A stretch of 62,233 nucleotides of DNA, filler included. It is 5 parts of 5 records of this genome, joined end to end, with 100 filler letters (N's around TTAATTAATTAA, not from the genome) between each part and the next. Parts side by side here need not be neighbours in the genome. Positions count along the whole stretch, not along the records: positions 16,788 to 32,190 come from DRR378314_2193; 4 more parts are not named here. The stretch is one strand, 5' to 3'. Within the stretch, counting starts at the first letter, position 1. Each line of letters starts with the position of its first letter. The translations under genes were made by a program, and so were the position numbers. Below are positions 21,876-31,571 of the stretch, piece after piece. A model generated the notes under the pieces. It made no database searches. It was not told where the DNA came from and was given only the letters and a program-made list of their open reading frames with translations.

Positions 21876-22082
21876 ATATCGGCCTGATCAATCGCGACGG
21901 CCTCTTCATCGCTGATCCGGCTGATCTCGCCATCGATGACTTACACCGACACCACCGGCCACATTGCGATTGCAAGGGCGGGGGGCAACGTTGAGGTACA
22001 ATCGCCGAGATAATTCGTGGTTGTGAAAGGCTTGATGGTGACGGGGAATGCCTCTCATTGCGATGATAGGTGGCCCAGTGGC

Positions 22083-23240
22083 TCACGCCCCGCCGATTGC
22101 AGTCTCGCCTTGACCACTGTCGGTTTGACCGTCGATCCCTCCCGGTGGGACCACCAGCGTGAATGTGGTCCAGTCATCGTTGGAGCTGACTTCCAGCTTG
22201 CCACCATGCGCCTTGGCGATTTCAGAGGCGATATAGAGCCCCAGGCCCAGGCCCATTTGATCCCCGTGGTTGGTGCTGCGCATAAAGGGATCAAACAGCC
22301 GCTCCATGGCCGATGGCGGTATCGGCGCGCCAGCATTTCTCACCCCAAGCTCGAAGGCACCTTCATCTGTCGTGTTCAAATTCACGAAAATGGGGTGCTC
22401 AGGATCACCATAGGTCAGCGCATTTCCCAGCAGGTTGGACAACAGCTGTCCGACACGTGGACCATCACATCTGACCGTGCCCTGTAAAGAGATATCGAGC
22501 TGGATCTCACGATCCGAATTGGCCGCGCGCAGTTCGTTCACGACCTGCCTGACCTCGGTTTCCAGGACCGCTTCGTCAGACATATTCAGCTCGATGCCCC
22601 CTCCCAGACGATTGCGTGCGAAATCAAGAATATTATGGATCAACAGTGACATGCGTTTCACCGAACCCTGCGTCAGCTCAACAATCTCCTGGCCCGTCTC
22701 GCTAAGCGATTCTCGCGCAAGCATCCCCACGGAGGAAGATATGGAAGCGACCGGGTTAAGCAGATCATGGCCCAAGATCGCGACAAACTGCTCGCGCAGC
22801 TTCCCCTCGCGCTGCGTCAACAACAGCTGAGCTTCCGCCTCCGCACGCGCCTTGGCGAGGTCGCGTTCGAAAGCACGCCGCGCGTCGGCCAGCAAAAAGG
22901 CGATGGTGGTCCTGCATTCTTCGCCCGAACCCGTGGTTTCGGCACTTAACAATACAGGAACCTTGCTGCCGTCTTTGGCAATGAGGTCAAGGCTTGCCCC
23001 GTCTACTTTCCCGTTCAGCGCCAGCATGGGCACGAAACTGGTTTCATAGACAACCCTGCTGGCCTTGCTCAGCAGACCGATTACAGGGGTCCCGTCCAAC
23101 TCTGAAGCGCTCATTGCGAGCCAGCCGTGTAACCTGCTGTTCGTTTCAAGGATGATCCCCCGATCATCGTGGACCAGATGGCCGCAGGGGGTATTCTGGA
23201 ATGACGGGGGTGCTGGTGAAAGTTCTGGACGATCCGGCAT
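22083..23240 (-). CDS. PAS-domain sensor histidine kinase (RsbP-like PAS)
   Basis: N-terminal TPCG PAS, H-box GHDLLNP, N-box LLSNLLGNA, G2 GLGLGL; no TM segment. Confidence 0.9.
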   Translation of the reverse strand: MPDRPELSPAPPSFQNTPCGHLVHDDRGIILETNSRLHGWLAMSASELDGTPVIGLLSKASRVVYETSFVPMLALNGKVDGASLDLIAKDGSKVPVLLSAETTGSGEECRTTIAFLLADARRAFERDLAKARAEAEAQLLLTQREGKLREQFVAILGHDLLNPVASISSSVGMLARESLSETGQEIVELTQGSVKRMSLLIHNILDFARNRLGGGIELNMSDEAVLETEVRQVVNELRAANSDREIQLDISLQGTVRCDGPRVGQLLSNLLGNALTYGDPEHPIFVNLNTTDEGAFELGVRNAGAPIPPSAMERLFDPFMRSTNHGDQMGLGLGLYIASEIAKAHGGKLEVSSNDDWTTFTLVVPPGGIDGQTDSGQGETAIGGA

Positions 23241-24028
23241 TAAACGAAATCCCGGATCGCCGCGATCACCTGATCAGGTGCGGTGAGGTTCGGACAGTGA
23301 CCGGTTGCGTCGAGCATCACCAGCTTGCTGTTCGGGATCTGATCGCGGACGTATTCCCCCACATGTTCGGGGGCGATGATGTCTTCCTTGCATTGCAGCA
23401 CAAGTGTTCTTGCGGTGATCTTAGGCAGGTCGGCACGATTGTCTGATGTAAATGTCGCCCGTGCAAAGCCCGAAGCGATTTTCGGGTCAAGTTTGCAGAA
23501 ACTCTCGGTCAACTCTTGCCCATGCTCAGGGCGGTCTGCATTGGCCACGATAGCAGGGGCGAGCGCCGCAGACCATGCAAGGGGATTATCGTCGAGCGAG
23601 GCCAGAAGCTCTTCGATGTCGTCAGGGCTGAACCCGCCAATATAATCCTCATCATCGATGTAGCGCGGTGAAGGGCTGACCATGATCAGGGTGCTGAACA
23701 TTTCAGGCTCTTGCATCGTCGCCAGAGCGCCAATCATGGCGCTGACGGAATGACCGACAAATATACCGTCGCGTATATCAAGTTCTTTGCCGATTCTGAC
23801 CACATCCTCAGCATATCCCCCAAGTGTAGAGTACTTGTCCGGGTCATAGGCATTGGGGTTGGATCCGCCGGCACCGATATAGTCGAATGCCACAACCTTA
23901 TGCGAGGATTCGAAAGACGGCACCACATGGCGCCACATTGTCTGATCACAGCCAAAGCCATGCGCAAAGAGCATCTGGCGCGCACCTGAACCAGATACCC
24001 TTACATTGTGCTGAAGAAGTGGGTTCAT
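23240..24028 (-). CDS. RsbQ-like alpha/beta hydrolase (KAI2/D14 family)
   Basis: FAHGFGCDQTMW, GHSVSAMIG nucleophile motif, SPSPRY, GHCP. Overlaps the kinase start (TAATG). Confidence 0.9.
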   Translation of the reverse strand: MNPLLQHNVRVSGSGARQMLFAHGFGCDQTMWRHVVPSFESSHKVVAFDYIGAGGSNPNAYDPDKYSTLGGYAEDVVRIGKELDIRDGIFVGHSVSAMIGALATMQEPEMFSTLIMVSPSPRYIDDEDYIGGFSPDDIEELLASLDDNPLAWSAALAPAIVANADRPEHGQELTESFCKLDPKIASGFARATFTSDNRADLPKITARTLVLQCKEDIIAPEHVGEYVRDQIPNSKLVMLDATGHCPNLTAPDQVIAAIRDFV

Positions 24029-24389
24029 TAACTCACTGACGTGTTTAGGAAATATTGGAGCCGAATTATCGTCCATTTGGCAGACCAAGCCAAGCAGGAA
24101 GTTGCATCGGTGGCGTCAGGAAACGGCGGGCCGTTTTTCGAAACCTATGAAGGCATGGCGTGTTTTGAAAACGCCCCTGTTTTGGCGGCGTTGGCTGGGT
24201 AGGGAAAGTGAAGCCGCTGTCTGAGCGACCCGCTGTAGCTATATAATTTATTAGGCGAGCTGGGGGCTGGTTTTCATGAGATTTGGTTTCAGGGTGGGCA
24301 TTGGAGAAGGTCGAAGAGTCTGTTCATGACGGTATGGACAGGTCGTCCATCACCTTGCACCTGCTTCAACTTCGCGTTTAGATCGCGCC

Positions 24390-24860
24390 ATGAGCAAGAG
24401 TTTAAAACGTGTCCGCACCGCCCTCGAAACTGCCGGATTGATCACGGATATCCGCGAGACCGCCTTGTCGCGCACCGCACAGGATGCCGCGGATGCGCTG
24501 GGGTGTCAGGTCGACCAGATTGCCAAATCGATCATTTTACGGGGGGAAACGTCAGGCGAGGCGCTGTTGTTTATTACGGCTGGTGGGCAAACCGTTGATC
24601 TGGATGCTGCTGCTGCCCTTGCGGGGGAGCCGTTGGGCAAGGCGGATGCGGCGTTGATAAGGGCACAGACTGGCTTTGCCATTGGCGGTGTTTCTCCCAT
24701 TGGTCATGTGAACGAAACCCGAAAATGGTTTGACCGGTCACTGCTGGCCTTTGACATCGTATGGGCCGCCGCCGGGACGCCGCACCATGTATTCGCGTTG
24801 GCACCGCAAAAAATGGCATTGCTTGCACAGGCGGAAGTGGCGGATTTTATTACCGCCTAG
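24390..24860 (+). CDS. YbaK/EbsC family aminoacyl-tRNA deacylase
   Basis: TA..AA..LG....QIAKSI, TGFAIGGVSP.GH, WAAAGTP. Confidence 0.92.
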   Translation: MSKSLKRVRTALETAGLITDIRETALSRTAQDAADALGCQVDQIAKSIILRGETSGEALLFITAGGQTVDLDAAAALAGEPLGKADAALIRAQTGFAIGGVSPIGHVNETRKWFDRSLLAFDIVWAAAGTPHHVFALAPQKMALLAQAEVADFITA

Positions 24861-25033
24861 GGGCAGAGGGGCGCCGCTGCTTTGCGCGCAGAGTCGGTGG
24901 ATAGTTGGCACCGGTTGCAGATGCGTTGAGCTTGGGCGTTTTTTCACCTTTGGGTCATGTCACGCCCTGCAACAGCACGCATAGGCATTTCCAGCCCTTG
25001 CTCCTGACCACGGACTGACGCAAAGATCAGCGC

Positions 25034-27829
25034 ATGACACTTTCCCTTGCCTCTCTAATCACCCGCATTCCACGTATCTTTGATCAAGATCGCGCCCGCG
25101 ATGCCTTGGCCTTGGTCCCAGATGCCCCGGCAGAGGTACGTGACCTTGTGGCGGGGGCAGCCGCCTGCGCGCCCTATCTGCTGAGCCTGCTGGAAAAAGA
25201 ATCCGCATGGCTGGGGCAAGCGGTCGAGGATCCTGCAAAATCGGTGCAGGCGGTGATCGAGGGGGCGGCGGCACTCCCTCATTCCGAGGTTGGTGATGGT
25301 CTGCGCCGTGGCAAACGCCGATTGGCGCTGATGACGGCGCTATGTGATCTGGGTGGGGCATGGTCGCTGGAACAGGTGACGGGTGCCTTGACGGATTATG
25401 CTGATGCGGCCTGTGGCGCGGCCTTGCGTGCGGGGCTGGCCCCGCAAATTGCGCGCGGGAAATTGCCTGGCATGAGCGAGGATGATCTGGCGGATGCAGG
25501 TGGCATGGTGGTGCTTGCCATGGGCAAGATGGGCGCGCGCGAGCTGAACTATTCCTCAGACATCGATCTGATCTGCCTGTTTGATGAGACCCGTTTCGAG
25601 GTGGATGATTTCCACGCCGCCCGCACCGCATTTGTCCGCGCCACCCGCGCGATGAGCGGCACATTAAGCGATCTTACCGGCGCGGGGTATGTTTTCCGCA
25701 CCGATCTGCGCTTGCGTCCTGATCCGGCTGTCACCCCGGTCTGTATGGCGATGGAGGCCGCGGAGCGGTATTATGAGAGTCTGGGGCGGACATGGGAACG
25801 TGCGGCCTATATCAAGGCGCGGCCCTGCGCCGGAGATCTGGATGCGGGGGCGCGGTTTATCAAAACCTTGCGCCCCTTTATCTGGCGGCGCCATCTGGAT
25901 TTTGCCGCGATTCAGGATGCCCATGACATGCGTCTTGCGATCCGCGAACACAAGGGGCTGGGCGGGCCGATCACCCTGCCGGGGCATAATATGAAACTGG
26001 GGCGCGGCGGCATTCGCGAGATCGAGTTTTTCACCCAGACACGCCAGTTGATTGCCGGCGGGCGCGACCCGGAGCTGCGTGGCCGGGGCACCTGTGCCAA
26101 CCTTGAGATTCTGGCGCAGAAGAACTGGATCCCGACGGAAGTGGCGCAAAGTCTGACCGATCATTACCGCGCCCACCGTACGGTCGAACACCGCTTGCAA
26201 ATGGTACGCGATGCCCAGACCCACGACCTGCCGCAGTCCAAAGAGGGTTTTGCCCGATTGGCGGCGATGATGGATTTGGAAGTGCCCGATCTTGAGGCCG
26301 ATCTGCACCGCCGCCTGTCTGATGTACACGAAACCACCGAAGGGTTTTTCGCCGGCACCCAGAGCAAAGCCAAAGCCACCGGCGAAGCGCATCGTTTTGA
26401 CATGCAGGTGCTGGACCGCTGGCACAGCTATCCTGCCTTCCGTTCTGAACGTGGTGCCGAGATATTTGAACGCCTGAAACCTGATCTGCTGGCACGATTG
26501 GCCCATGCGGCGAAACCGGATGAGGCGCTGCTGGCTTTTGACGGCTTCCTTGAACGCCTGCCGGCAGGGGTGCAGCTTTTCTCGCTGCTGAACGCCAACC
26601 CGCAACTGGCGGATCTGCTGATTGACGTGGTCAGTACCTCACCGGCACTGGCAAAACACCTGTCGCGCAATGCCGCTGTATTCGATGCGGTGATTGGTGG
26701 TGATTTCTTCAGCGACTGGCCCGGAGAGGCGGGGCTGCGCGAGGCGTTAAGCACTGTGCTCGCGCAGGAACCCAGTTACGAGGCACAATTGGACGGCACC
26801 CGCCGATGGGCGCGTGAGTGGCATTTCCGCATTGGGGTGCATCTGCTGCGTGGGTTGACCAATGCCGAAACCGCGGGGCTGCAATATGCCGATCTGGCGC
26901 GCGCTGTACTCGGCGCGCTCTGGCCGGTGGTGACGGATGAGTTTGCCACCCGCTACGGGCCGCCACCCGGGCGGGGGGCGGTGCTGCTGGGCATGGGGTC
27001 GCTGGGGGCAGGGCGATTGAATGCCACTTCGGATCTGGACCTGCTGGTGATCTATGATCCGCTGGATCAAGATGTTTCGGAGGGGAAACGTTCGCTGCCT
27101 TCGCGCACCTATTATGCGCGGCTGACACAGGCGATGATCACTGCCATGACCGCGCCGATGTCACAGGGGAAACTCTATGAAATCGACATGCGCTTGCGCC
27201 CGTCCGGCAATCAGGGACCAGTGGCGACCAGCTTGGCCAGCTTTGAAAGCTATCAGAAAACCCAGGCTTGGGTCTGGGAACATCTGGCCCTGACCCGTGC
27301 CAGTGTTGTGGCCGGACCCGAGGCATTGGGCGCAGATGTTGACCTGATGTGTGCACAGGTACTGGCGCTTTCCAGCCCGCAGGAAAAGGTTGTGGCAGAA
27401 GTGGCCGACATGCGCGACAGGATTGCAGCCAGCAAGGCCGTGGCGGGGCCGTGGGACGCCAAAATCGGACCGGGCCGGTTACAGGACATCGAGTTGTTTG
27501 CCCAATCCGGTGCGCTGATTGCAGGACGTGCGGCGCATCGTATTCTGGACGGCATCGAGGCGGCTTTGGCCAAAGGGCTGATCGATGACGCCGGGGCGCA
27601 AACCCTGCGCCGTGCCTATGATGCTTGCTGGCAATTGCAATGCGCGGGAAAGCTGTTATCCCCCGACGCGCTGGATACCGGGGCGCTAGGGCAGGCAGGC
27701 GCTGCGTTTCTGGCCCGCGCCCTTGGTTGCGACACATTGGACGAGGTCGAGGCGCAAATGGAACAGAAATGCACCGCTGCAGCTGCTGTAATCACCGCTG
27801 CATTGGCAGGGCCCGAAGGAGTAGCATGA
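25034..27829 (+). CDS. glnE: Glutamine synthetase adenylyltransferase
   Basis: Two NTase repeats: MGKMGARELNYSSDIDL...DLRLRP and MGSLGAG.L...SDLDL...DMRLRPSG. Confidence 0.96.
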   Translation: MTLSLASLITRIPRIFDQDRARDALALVPDAPAEVRDLVAGAAACAPYLLSLLEKESAWLGQAVEDPAKSVQAVIEGAAALPHSEVGDGLRRGKRRLALMTALCDLGGAWSLEQVTGALTDYADAACGAALRAGLAPQIARGKLPGMSEDDLADAGGMVVLAMGKMGARELNYSSDIDLICLFDETRFEVDDFHAARTAFVRATRAMSGTLSDLTGAGYVFRTDLRLRPDPAVTPVCMAMEAAERYYESLGRTWERAAYIKARPCAGDLDAGARFIKTLRPFIWRRHLDFAAIQDAHDMRLAIREHKGLGGPITLPGHNMKLGRGGIREIEFFTQTRQLIAGGRDPELRGRGTCANLEILAQKNWIPTEVAQSLTDHYRAHRTVEHRLQMVRDAQTHDLPQSKEGFARLAAMMDLEVPDLEADLHRRLSDVHETTEGFFAGTQSKAKATGEAHRFDMQVLDRWHSYPAFRSERGAEIFERLKPDLLARLAHAAKPDEALLAFDGFLERLPAGVQLFSLLNANPQLADLLIDVVSTSPALAKHLSRNAAVFDAVIGGDFFSDWPGEAGLREALSTVLAQEPSYEAQLDGTRRWAREWHFRIGVHLLRGLTNAETAGLQYADLARAVLGALWPVVTDEFATRYGPPPGRGAVLLGMGSLGAGRLNATSDLDLLVIYDPLDQDVSEGKRSLPSRTYYARLTQAMITAMTAPMSQGKLYEIDMRLRPSGNQGPVATSLASFESYQKTQAWVWEHLALTRASVVAGPEALGADVDLMCAQVLALSSPQEKVVAEVADMRDRIAASKAVAGPWDAKIGPGRLQDIELFAQSGALIAGRAAHRILDGIEAALAKGLIDDAGAQTLRRAYDACWQLQCAGKLLSPDALDTGALGQAGAAFLARALGCDTLDEVEAQMEQKCTAAAAVITAALAGPEGVA

Positions 27830-28101
27830 TGGAAAAAGGCGACGTGCAAGACCCCAAGGGATTGATATTCGAGAGTTTTCGGATTGAAGGCATCACCAAA
27901 CCGGAATGCCGTACGATTTTTCTGGATTGGGCGCTCAGCCTGCCACTTGAGCAGAATGCCAACAGCACCATCAGCCAGCTTTTGGCACGGTATCAACCTG
28001 ACCATCCCGACCATCCGATGACCGAGGTGTTGAACGAAGGGCTGCACAACATGTCCGCCCCGCGTCGTCGTGGCGGCTGGCGTAATCGGGTGCGCAACTG
28101 A
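27826..28101 (+). CDS. Conserved hypothetical protein (coupled to glnE)
   Basis: ATGA overlap with the glnE stop; DPKGLI.ES.RIEGI...CR.IFLDWAL...RRRGGW. Confidence 0.75.
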   Translation: MMEKGDVQDPKGLIFESFRIEGITKPECRTIFLDWALSLPLEQNANSTISQLLARYQPDHPDHPMTEVLNEGLHNMSAPRRRGGWRNRVRN

Positions 28102-28270
28102 CCCTGGCTGATGTGCCGGGAACTGGCGAGATCACCGGGCGCAACCTTTGGGCGGTGGCAGTCCCAGAAAATTTGTGAAAAAGCCGCATTACGGCCTCAA
28201 TCCTTCATTATTTTCTTTCGCAAAGATGAAGGCGGGATTGCAAAATAAATCCCCGAATGAGGTAGTAGAC

Positions 28271-28939
28271 ATGTTGAATTTTAGGTTCGATCGGAAACGC
28301 TGCGCAAAACTCGCTTTGGGTGCGGCACTTGTGGGTTCACTGGCCGCCTGTGGCAACAAGCCCGATATCGCCAGCCGCAATCTATCAAAGGATGTGATTC
28401 CCGGTACTGCCACAACCGTCGCCGCCGCGACACTGCAGTCACAGAAAAATTTACGCTCAACGGCGCAATTGCCCATGACCGTTACAGCGATCAATATCAA
28501 TGTGCCACGTTCGCTGACCGTGTCCGAGGCCAACCTCTATTACCCAAAAGCGGATATCGTCTGGCGCGGCGAATTGATCGGTGATCGTCATGCGCAAATT
28601 GAACAGATTTTCAATACCGCCTTTCGCGCCGGCACCGCTGATCTCTCCGGTCCGACCGGTGTGATTTTGGATGCTGAAGTGGTGCGCTTCCATTCCGTGA
28701 CAGAAAAAGCCCGTTATTCGGTGGGTGGCGTGCATAACATGATCTTCAAACTGACCGTGCGCCGCGCCTCTACAGGCGAGGCGCTGGGACCGACCCGTCT
28801 GGTCAGAGCGGACCTTCCAGCTTTCGGCGGCAAGGAAGCCATTGATGCAGACCGCGCAGGGCAGACACAGAAGGTACGGGTGACTGATTTCCTGTCTCAG
28901 GCGATCCGCCATGAATTGGCGCGGTTTGTCGCGGCCTAG
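28271..28939 (+). CDS. Putative lipoprotein (DUF6778-like)
   Basis: Lipobox LAAC; VP.SL.VSEAN.YYP.ADIVWRG. Confidence 0.7.
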   Translation: MLNFRFDRKRCAKLALGAALVGSLAACGNKPDIASRNLSKDVIPGTATTVAAATLQSQKNLRSTAQLPMTVTAININVPRSLTVSEANLYYPKADIVWRGELIGDRHAQIEQIFNTAFRAGTADLSGPTGVILDAEVVRFHSVTEKARYSVGGVHNMIFKLTVRRASTGEALGPTRLVRADLPAFGGKEAIDADRAGQTQKVRVTDFLSQAIRHELARFVAA

Positions 28940-28997
28940 GCACAGTTTGACCAATTCAACGCTTTCCCAAAGGCGTTTTACCCACTAAAGGGGCGTT

Positions 28998-30242
28998 ATG
29001 ACAGCGCCCCACACCCCACCCGCAAACGATGATCCTGCAACCGCTACGGCGACAAGCGCCTTGCCGACCGTTCGGATGATGCCCAAGGCCAATGCCCGTG
29101 CCGTCCGGTTCGGCGCACCATGGGTCTATGCCAATGAAATGGTCGTGGACCGGCGCACCAAGAACCTTGCCCCCGGCACGCTGGCCCGTCTGGAAGACGC
29201 GGAACGCCAGCCGCTGGGGCTGGTCGCGGTGAACCCCAATTCCAAGATCATTGGTCGGATGCTGGATGCAGATCCAGAAACCGTGATTGACCAGGCGTGG
29301 TTTGAGGACAAGATTGCCCGTGCCCTTGCCCTGCGCTCGCAGCTGTTTGATGCACCTTATTATCGCCTGATCCATGCCGAGGCCGACGGTCTGCCCGGTG
29401 TGATCATCGACCGTTTCGGGGGTACCTGCGTGGTGCAACCCAATGCTGCCTGGGCCGATCTGCGGATGGAAATGCTCAGTGCGGCGCTGGTTGCCGTGAC
29501 CGGCGTGGGCAATGTGCTGAAAAATGCGGGCGGGCGCACCCGCACCCTAGAAGGTTTGGATGATATATCCGGGGTGACCGCAGGAACCCTGCCGGATGGC
29601 CCGTTGCCGGTGCCGATGAACGGCGCGACCTATATGGCGGATCTAACCGGCGGCCAGAAAACCGGCCTGTTTTATGATCAACGCCCTAACCACGCCTTTG
29701 CGGCAAATATGGCGCGGGGCCTGCGGGTGCTGGATGTGTTTTCCCATGTTGGCGGGTTTTCATTGGCTGCCCTTGCGGCGGGTGCTGAAAGCGCAATGGC
29801 CGTTGACGGCTCTGCCCCGGCGCTGGAACTGGCCACCCAAGGGGCGGCCGCCATGTCGATGCAGGAGAAATTCACCGTGCGTCAGGGCGACGCCTTTGAC
29901 ACGCTGGCCGCGCTGCGCAGCGAAGGTGCAGAGTTTGATGTGGTGATCTGTGATCCACCGTCCTTTGCCCCATCTAAAAAGGCATTGGAAGCAGGGCTGC
30001 GGGCCTATGAACGGATTGCCCGTCTGGCCGCGCCTCTGGTTGCGGAAAACGGTATTCTGGGCCTGTGTTCCTGTTCACATGCTGCGGATCTGACGGCGTT
30101 CCGCACCGCCTCTGTACGCGGTATCGGACGGGCAGGGCGGCGTGGCATCCTGCTGCACACCGGCTTTGCCGGGGCGGACCATCCACAACTGCCGCAACTG
30201 GCCGAAAGCGGTTACCTCAAATCGCTGTTCTTCCGCCTCTGA
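28998..30242 (+). CDS. RlmI-like SAM-dependent RNA methyltransferase (RSP_2647-like)
   Basis: GAPWVYANE, GQKTGLFYDQ, VLDVFSHVGG, DPPSF, CSCS. Confidence 0.88.
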   Translation: MTAPHTPPANDDPATATATSALPTVRMMPKANARAVRFGAPWVYANEMVVDRRTKNLAPGTLARLEDAERQPLGLVAVNPNSKIIGRMLDADPETVIDQAWFEDKIARALALRSQLFDAPYYRLIHAEADGLPGVIIDRFGGTCVVQPNAAWADLRMEMLSAALVAVTGVGNVLKNAGGRTRTLEGLDDISGVTAGTLPDGPLPVPMNGATYMADLTGGQKTGLFYDQRPNHAFAANMARGLRVLDVFSHVGGFSLAALAAGAESAMAVDGSAPALELATQGAAAMSMQEKFTVRQGDAFDTLAALRSEGAEFDVVICDPPSFAPSKKALEAGLRAYERIARLAAPLVAENGILGLCSCSHAADLTAFRTASVRGIGRAGRRGILLHTGFAGADHPQLPQLAESGYLKSLFFRL

Positions 30243-30802
30243 TGGCACCGCGTATCCTGATCGACGCTTGCGTTTTATACCCGACGGTAATGCGCGAAGT
30301 GGTGATGGGCGCGGCCAAGGCAGGGCTGTTTCAGCCGATCTGGTCCGAAAGGATACTGGAAGAATGGGCCCGCGCGGCGATCAAGCTGGGCCCGATGGGC
30401 GAAATGCAGGCGCGAAGCGAAATTGCCATGCTGCGCGCCGGATGGCCCGCCGCCGAACGTCCTGCCGCGCCGCAAGTTGCACAGCGCCTGTGGCTGCCGG
30501 ATGAAGACGACATTCACGTTTTGGCCGTGGCGGTCGATGCCAGTGCCGACATGGTCATGACCTTGAATGCCAAGGATTTTCCCCGTGATCTTCTGGCCGA
30601 ACAAGACCTGATCCGCGTCGATCCCGACAGCTATCTGCACCAGCTTTGGCAGGACCACCCGCAGCTGATTGCGCAAGCGGCTGAGGATGTGCTGGCCACG
30701 GCCCGCAACCTGTCCGGCAAGCATTGGGAACTACGTGCCTTGCTCAAAAAAGCACGGCTGCCCCGATTGGCCAAAGCCCTGTCCCCGCCGCGTCAATCCT
30801 GA
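30242..30802 (+). CDS. PIN-domain protein (RSP_2648-like)
   Basis: LIDACVLYP...ILEEW...LPDEDD.HVLA.A....T.N.KDFP. TGATG overlap with the upstream gene. Confidence 0.85.
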   Translation: MAPRILIDACVLYPTVMREVVMGAAKAGLFQPIWSERILEEWARAAIKLGPMGEMQARSEIAMLRAGWPAAERPAAPQVAQRLWLPDEDDIHVLAVAVDASADMVMTLNAKDFPRDLLAEQDLIRVDPDSYLHQLWQDHPQLIAQAAEDVLATARNLSGKHWELRALLKKARLPRLAKALSPPRQS

Positions 30803-30811
30803 GGGCGCAGC

Positions 30812-31495
30812 TCAGCTGTCCCAGCGTTTTTGCAGCATTTGCAGTGCCCTGATCCGCTCATCCGTCTTGGGGTGACTGAGCAACCATGCAGGGGCGGTGC
30901 CGGAATTGGATTGGGTCAACGCCTCGAGCTTTTCAAACAAGGATATCTGCGGAGCGACGCCGATTCCGGCTTTGCTGAGTAGGGCGGCGGCATAGGCGTC
31001 TGCCTCATATTCATCACTGCGTGACAGGCGGGCGGCCAGCAAGGTTGTCAGCATATTAGCGATCCAGATCCCGGCAAAAGGAATGAACCGCCCCAGCACC
31101 ATCGCCAAGGCAGTGCGCAACGCGTTTTGTCCAGAGAAATCAATCATCCGGCGGCGCGAATGGCCCAGAGCCACATGGCCCAGCTCATGTGCAATCACGC
31201 TGGCCAGCTCTTCCGCTGTGACCTCGCCTTTGCGGAATTTGTTGTAGAACCCACGGGTGATAAAGATCCGCCCGTCTGGTGCCGCCAGCCCGTTCACCGG
31301 TTCAATTTCATAAATATGGACATTGATCCGTGGCAGATCCAAAGCGCGGGCCAACCGGTCGCTCATGTCTTTAAGTGCAGGATCGGCCAGCACGGTGGAA
31401 CGCGCATCCAGTTCCCGTGCCGTGCGCCACGCCGAAAAGCGATACATTGCAAAGCCGTAGGCCACTGCGAGCAAGATGGGAAGGACACGGATCAT
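30812..31495 (-). CDS. M48 family metallopeptidase
   Basis: HELGH zinc motif, E.EAD, SHP...ERI. Confidence 0.92.
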   Translation of the reverse strand: MIRVLPILLAVAYGFAMYRFSAWRTARELDARSTVLADPALKDMSDRLARALDLPRINVHIYEIEPVNGLAAPDGRIFITRGFYNKFRKGEVTAEELASVIAHELGHVALGHSRRRMIDFSGQNALRTALAMVLGRFIPFAGIWIANMLTTLLAARLSRSDEYEADAYAAALLSKAGIGVAPQISLFEKLEALTQSNSGTAPAWLLSHPKTDERIRALQMLQKRWDS

Positions 31496-31571
31496 GAGGC
31501 TAATATGGGGTTGATCCGGCGACAAGCAAGCGATGCGGCCAGATGGGGTGTTTGAAACTGGCGCAGGTAGG

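Larger units (their letters stand above)
18799..24300. mobile_element. Accessory island / degraded prophage-derived element (right boundary approximate)
   Basis: Visibly more AT-rich than the flanks. Repeat array at the left edge, phage-type genes (DUF1353, tail fibre fragment) and cargo genes, all on one strand between core-type genes. No integrase or transposase visible. Confidence 0.6.

Noticed and set aside
20003..21984. Diversity-generating retroelement TR/VR pair near a tail-fibre gene
   Set aside because: The three mismatches are not confined to adenines of one copy, two are synonymous, and no reverse transcriptase is present.
24090..24300. Inverted partner end, tRNA att site or dif site closing the island
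   Set aside because: No TGTCGCGCTACA-type inverted copy, tRNA fold or convincing dif match was found by eye.
15371..30242. Two RlmI-family methyltransferases in one window as a duplication
   Set aside because: They are on different contigs from different organisms.
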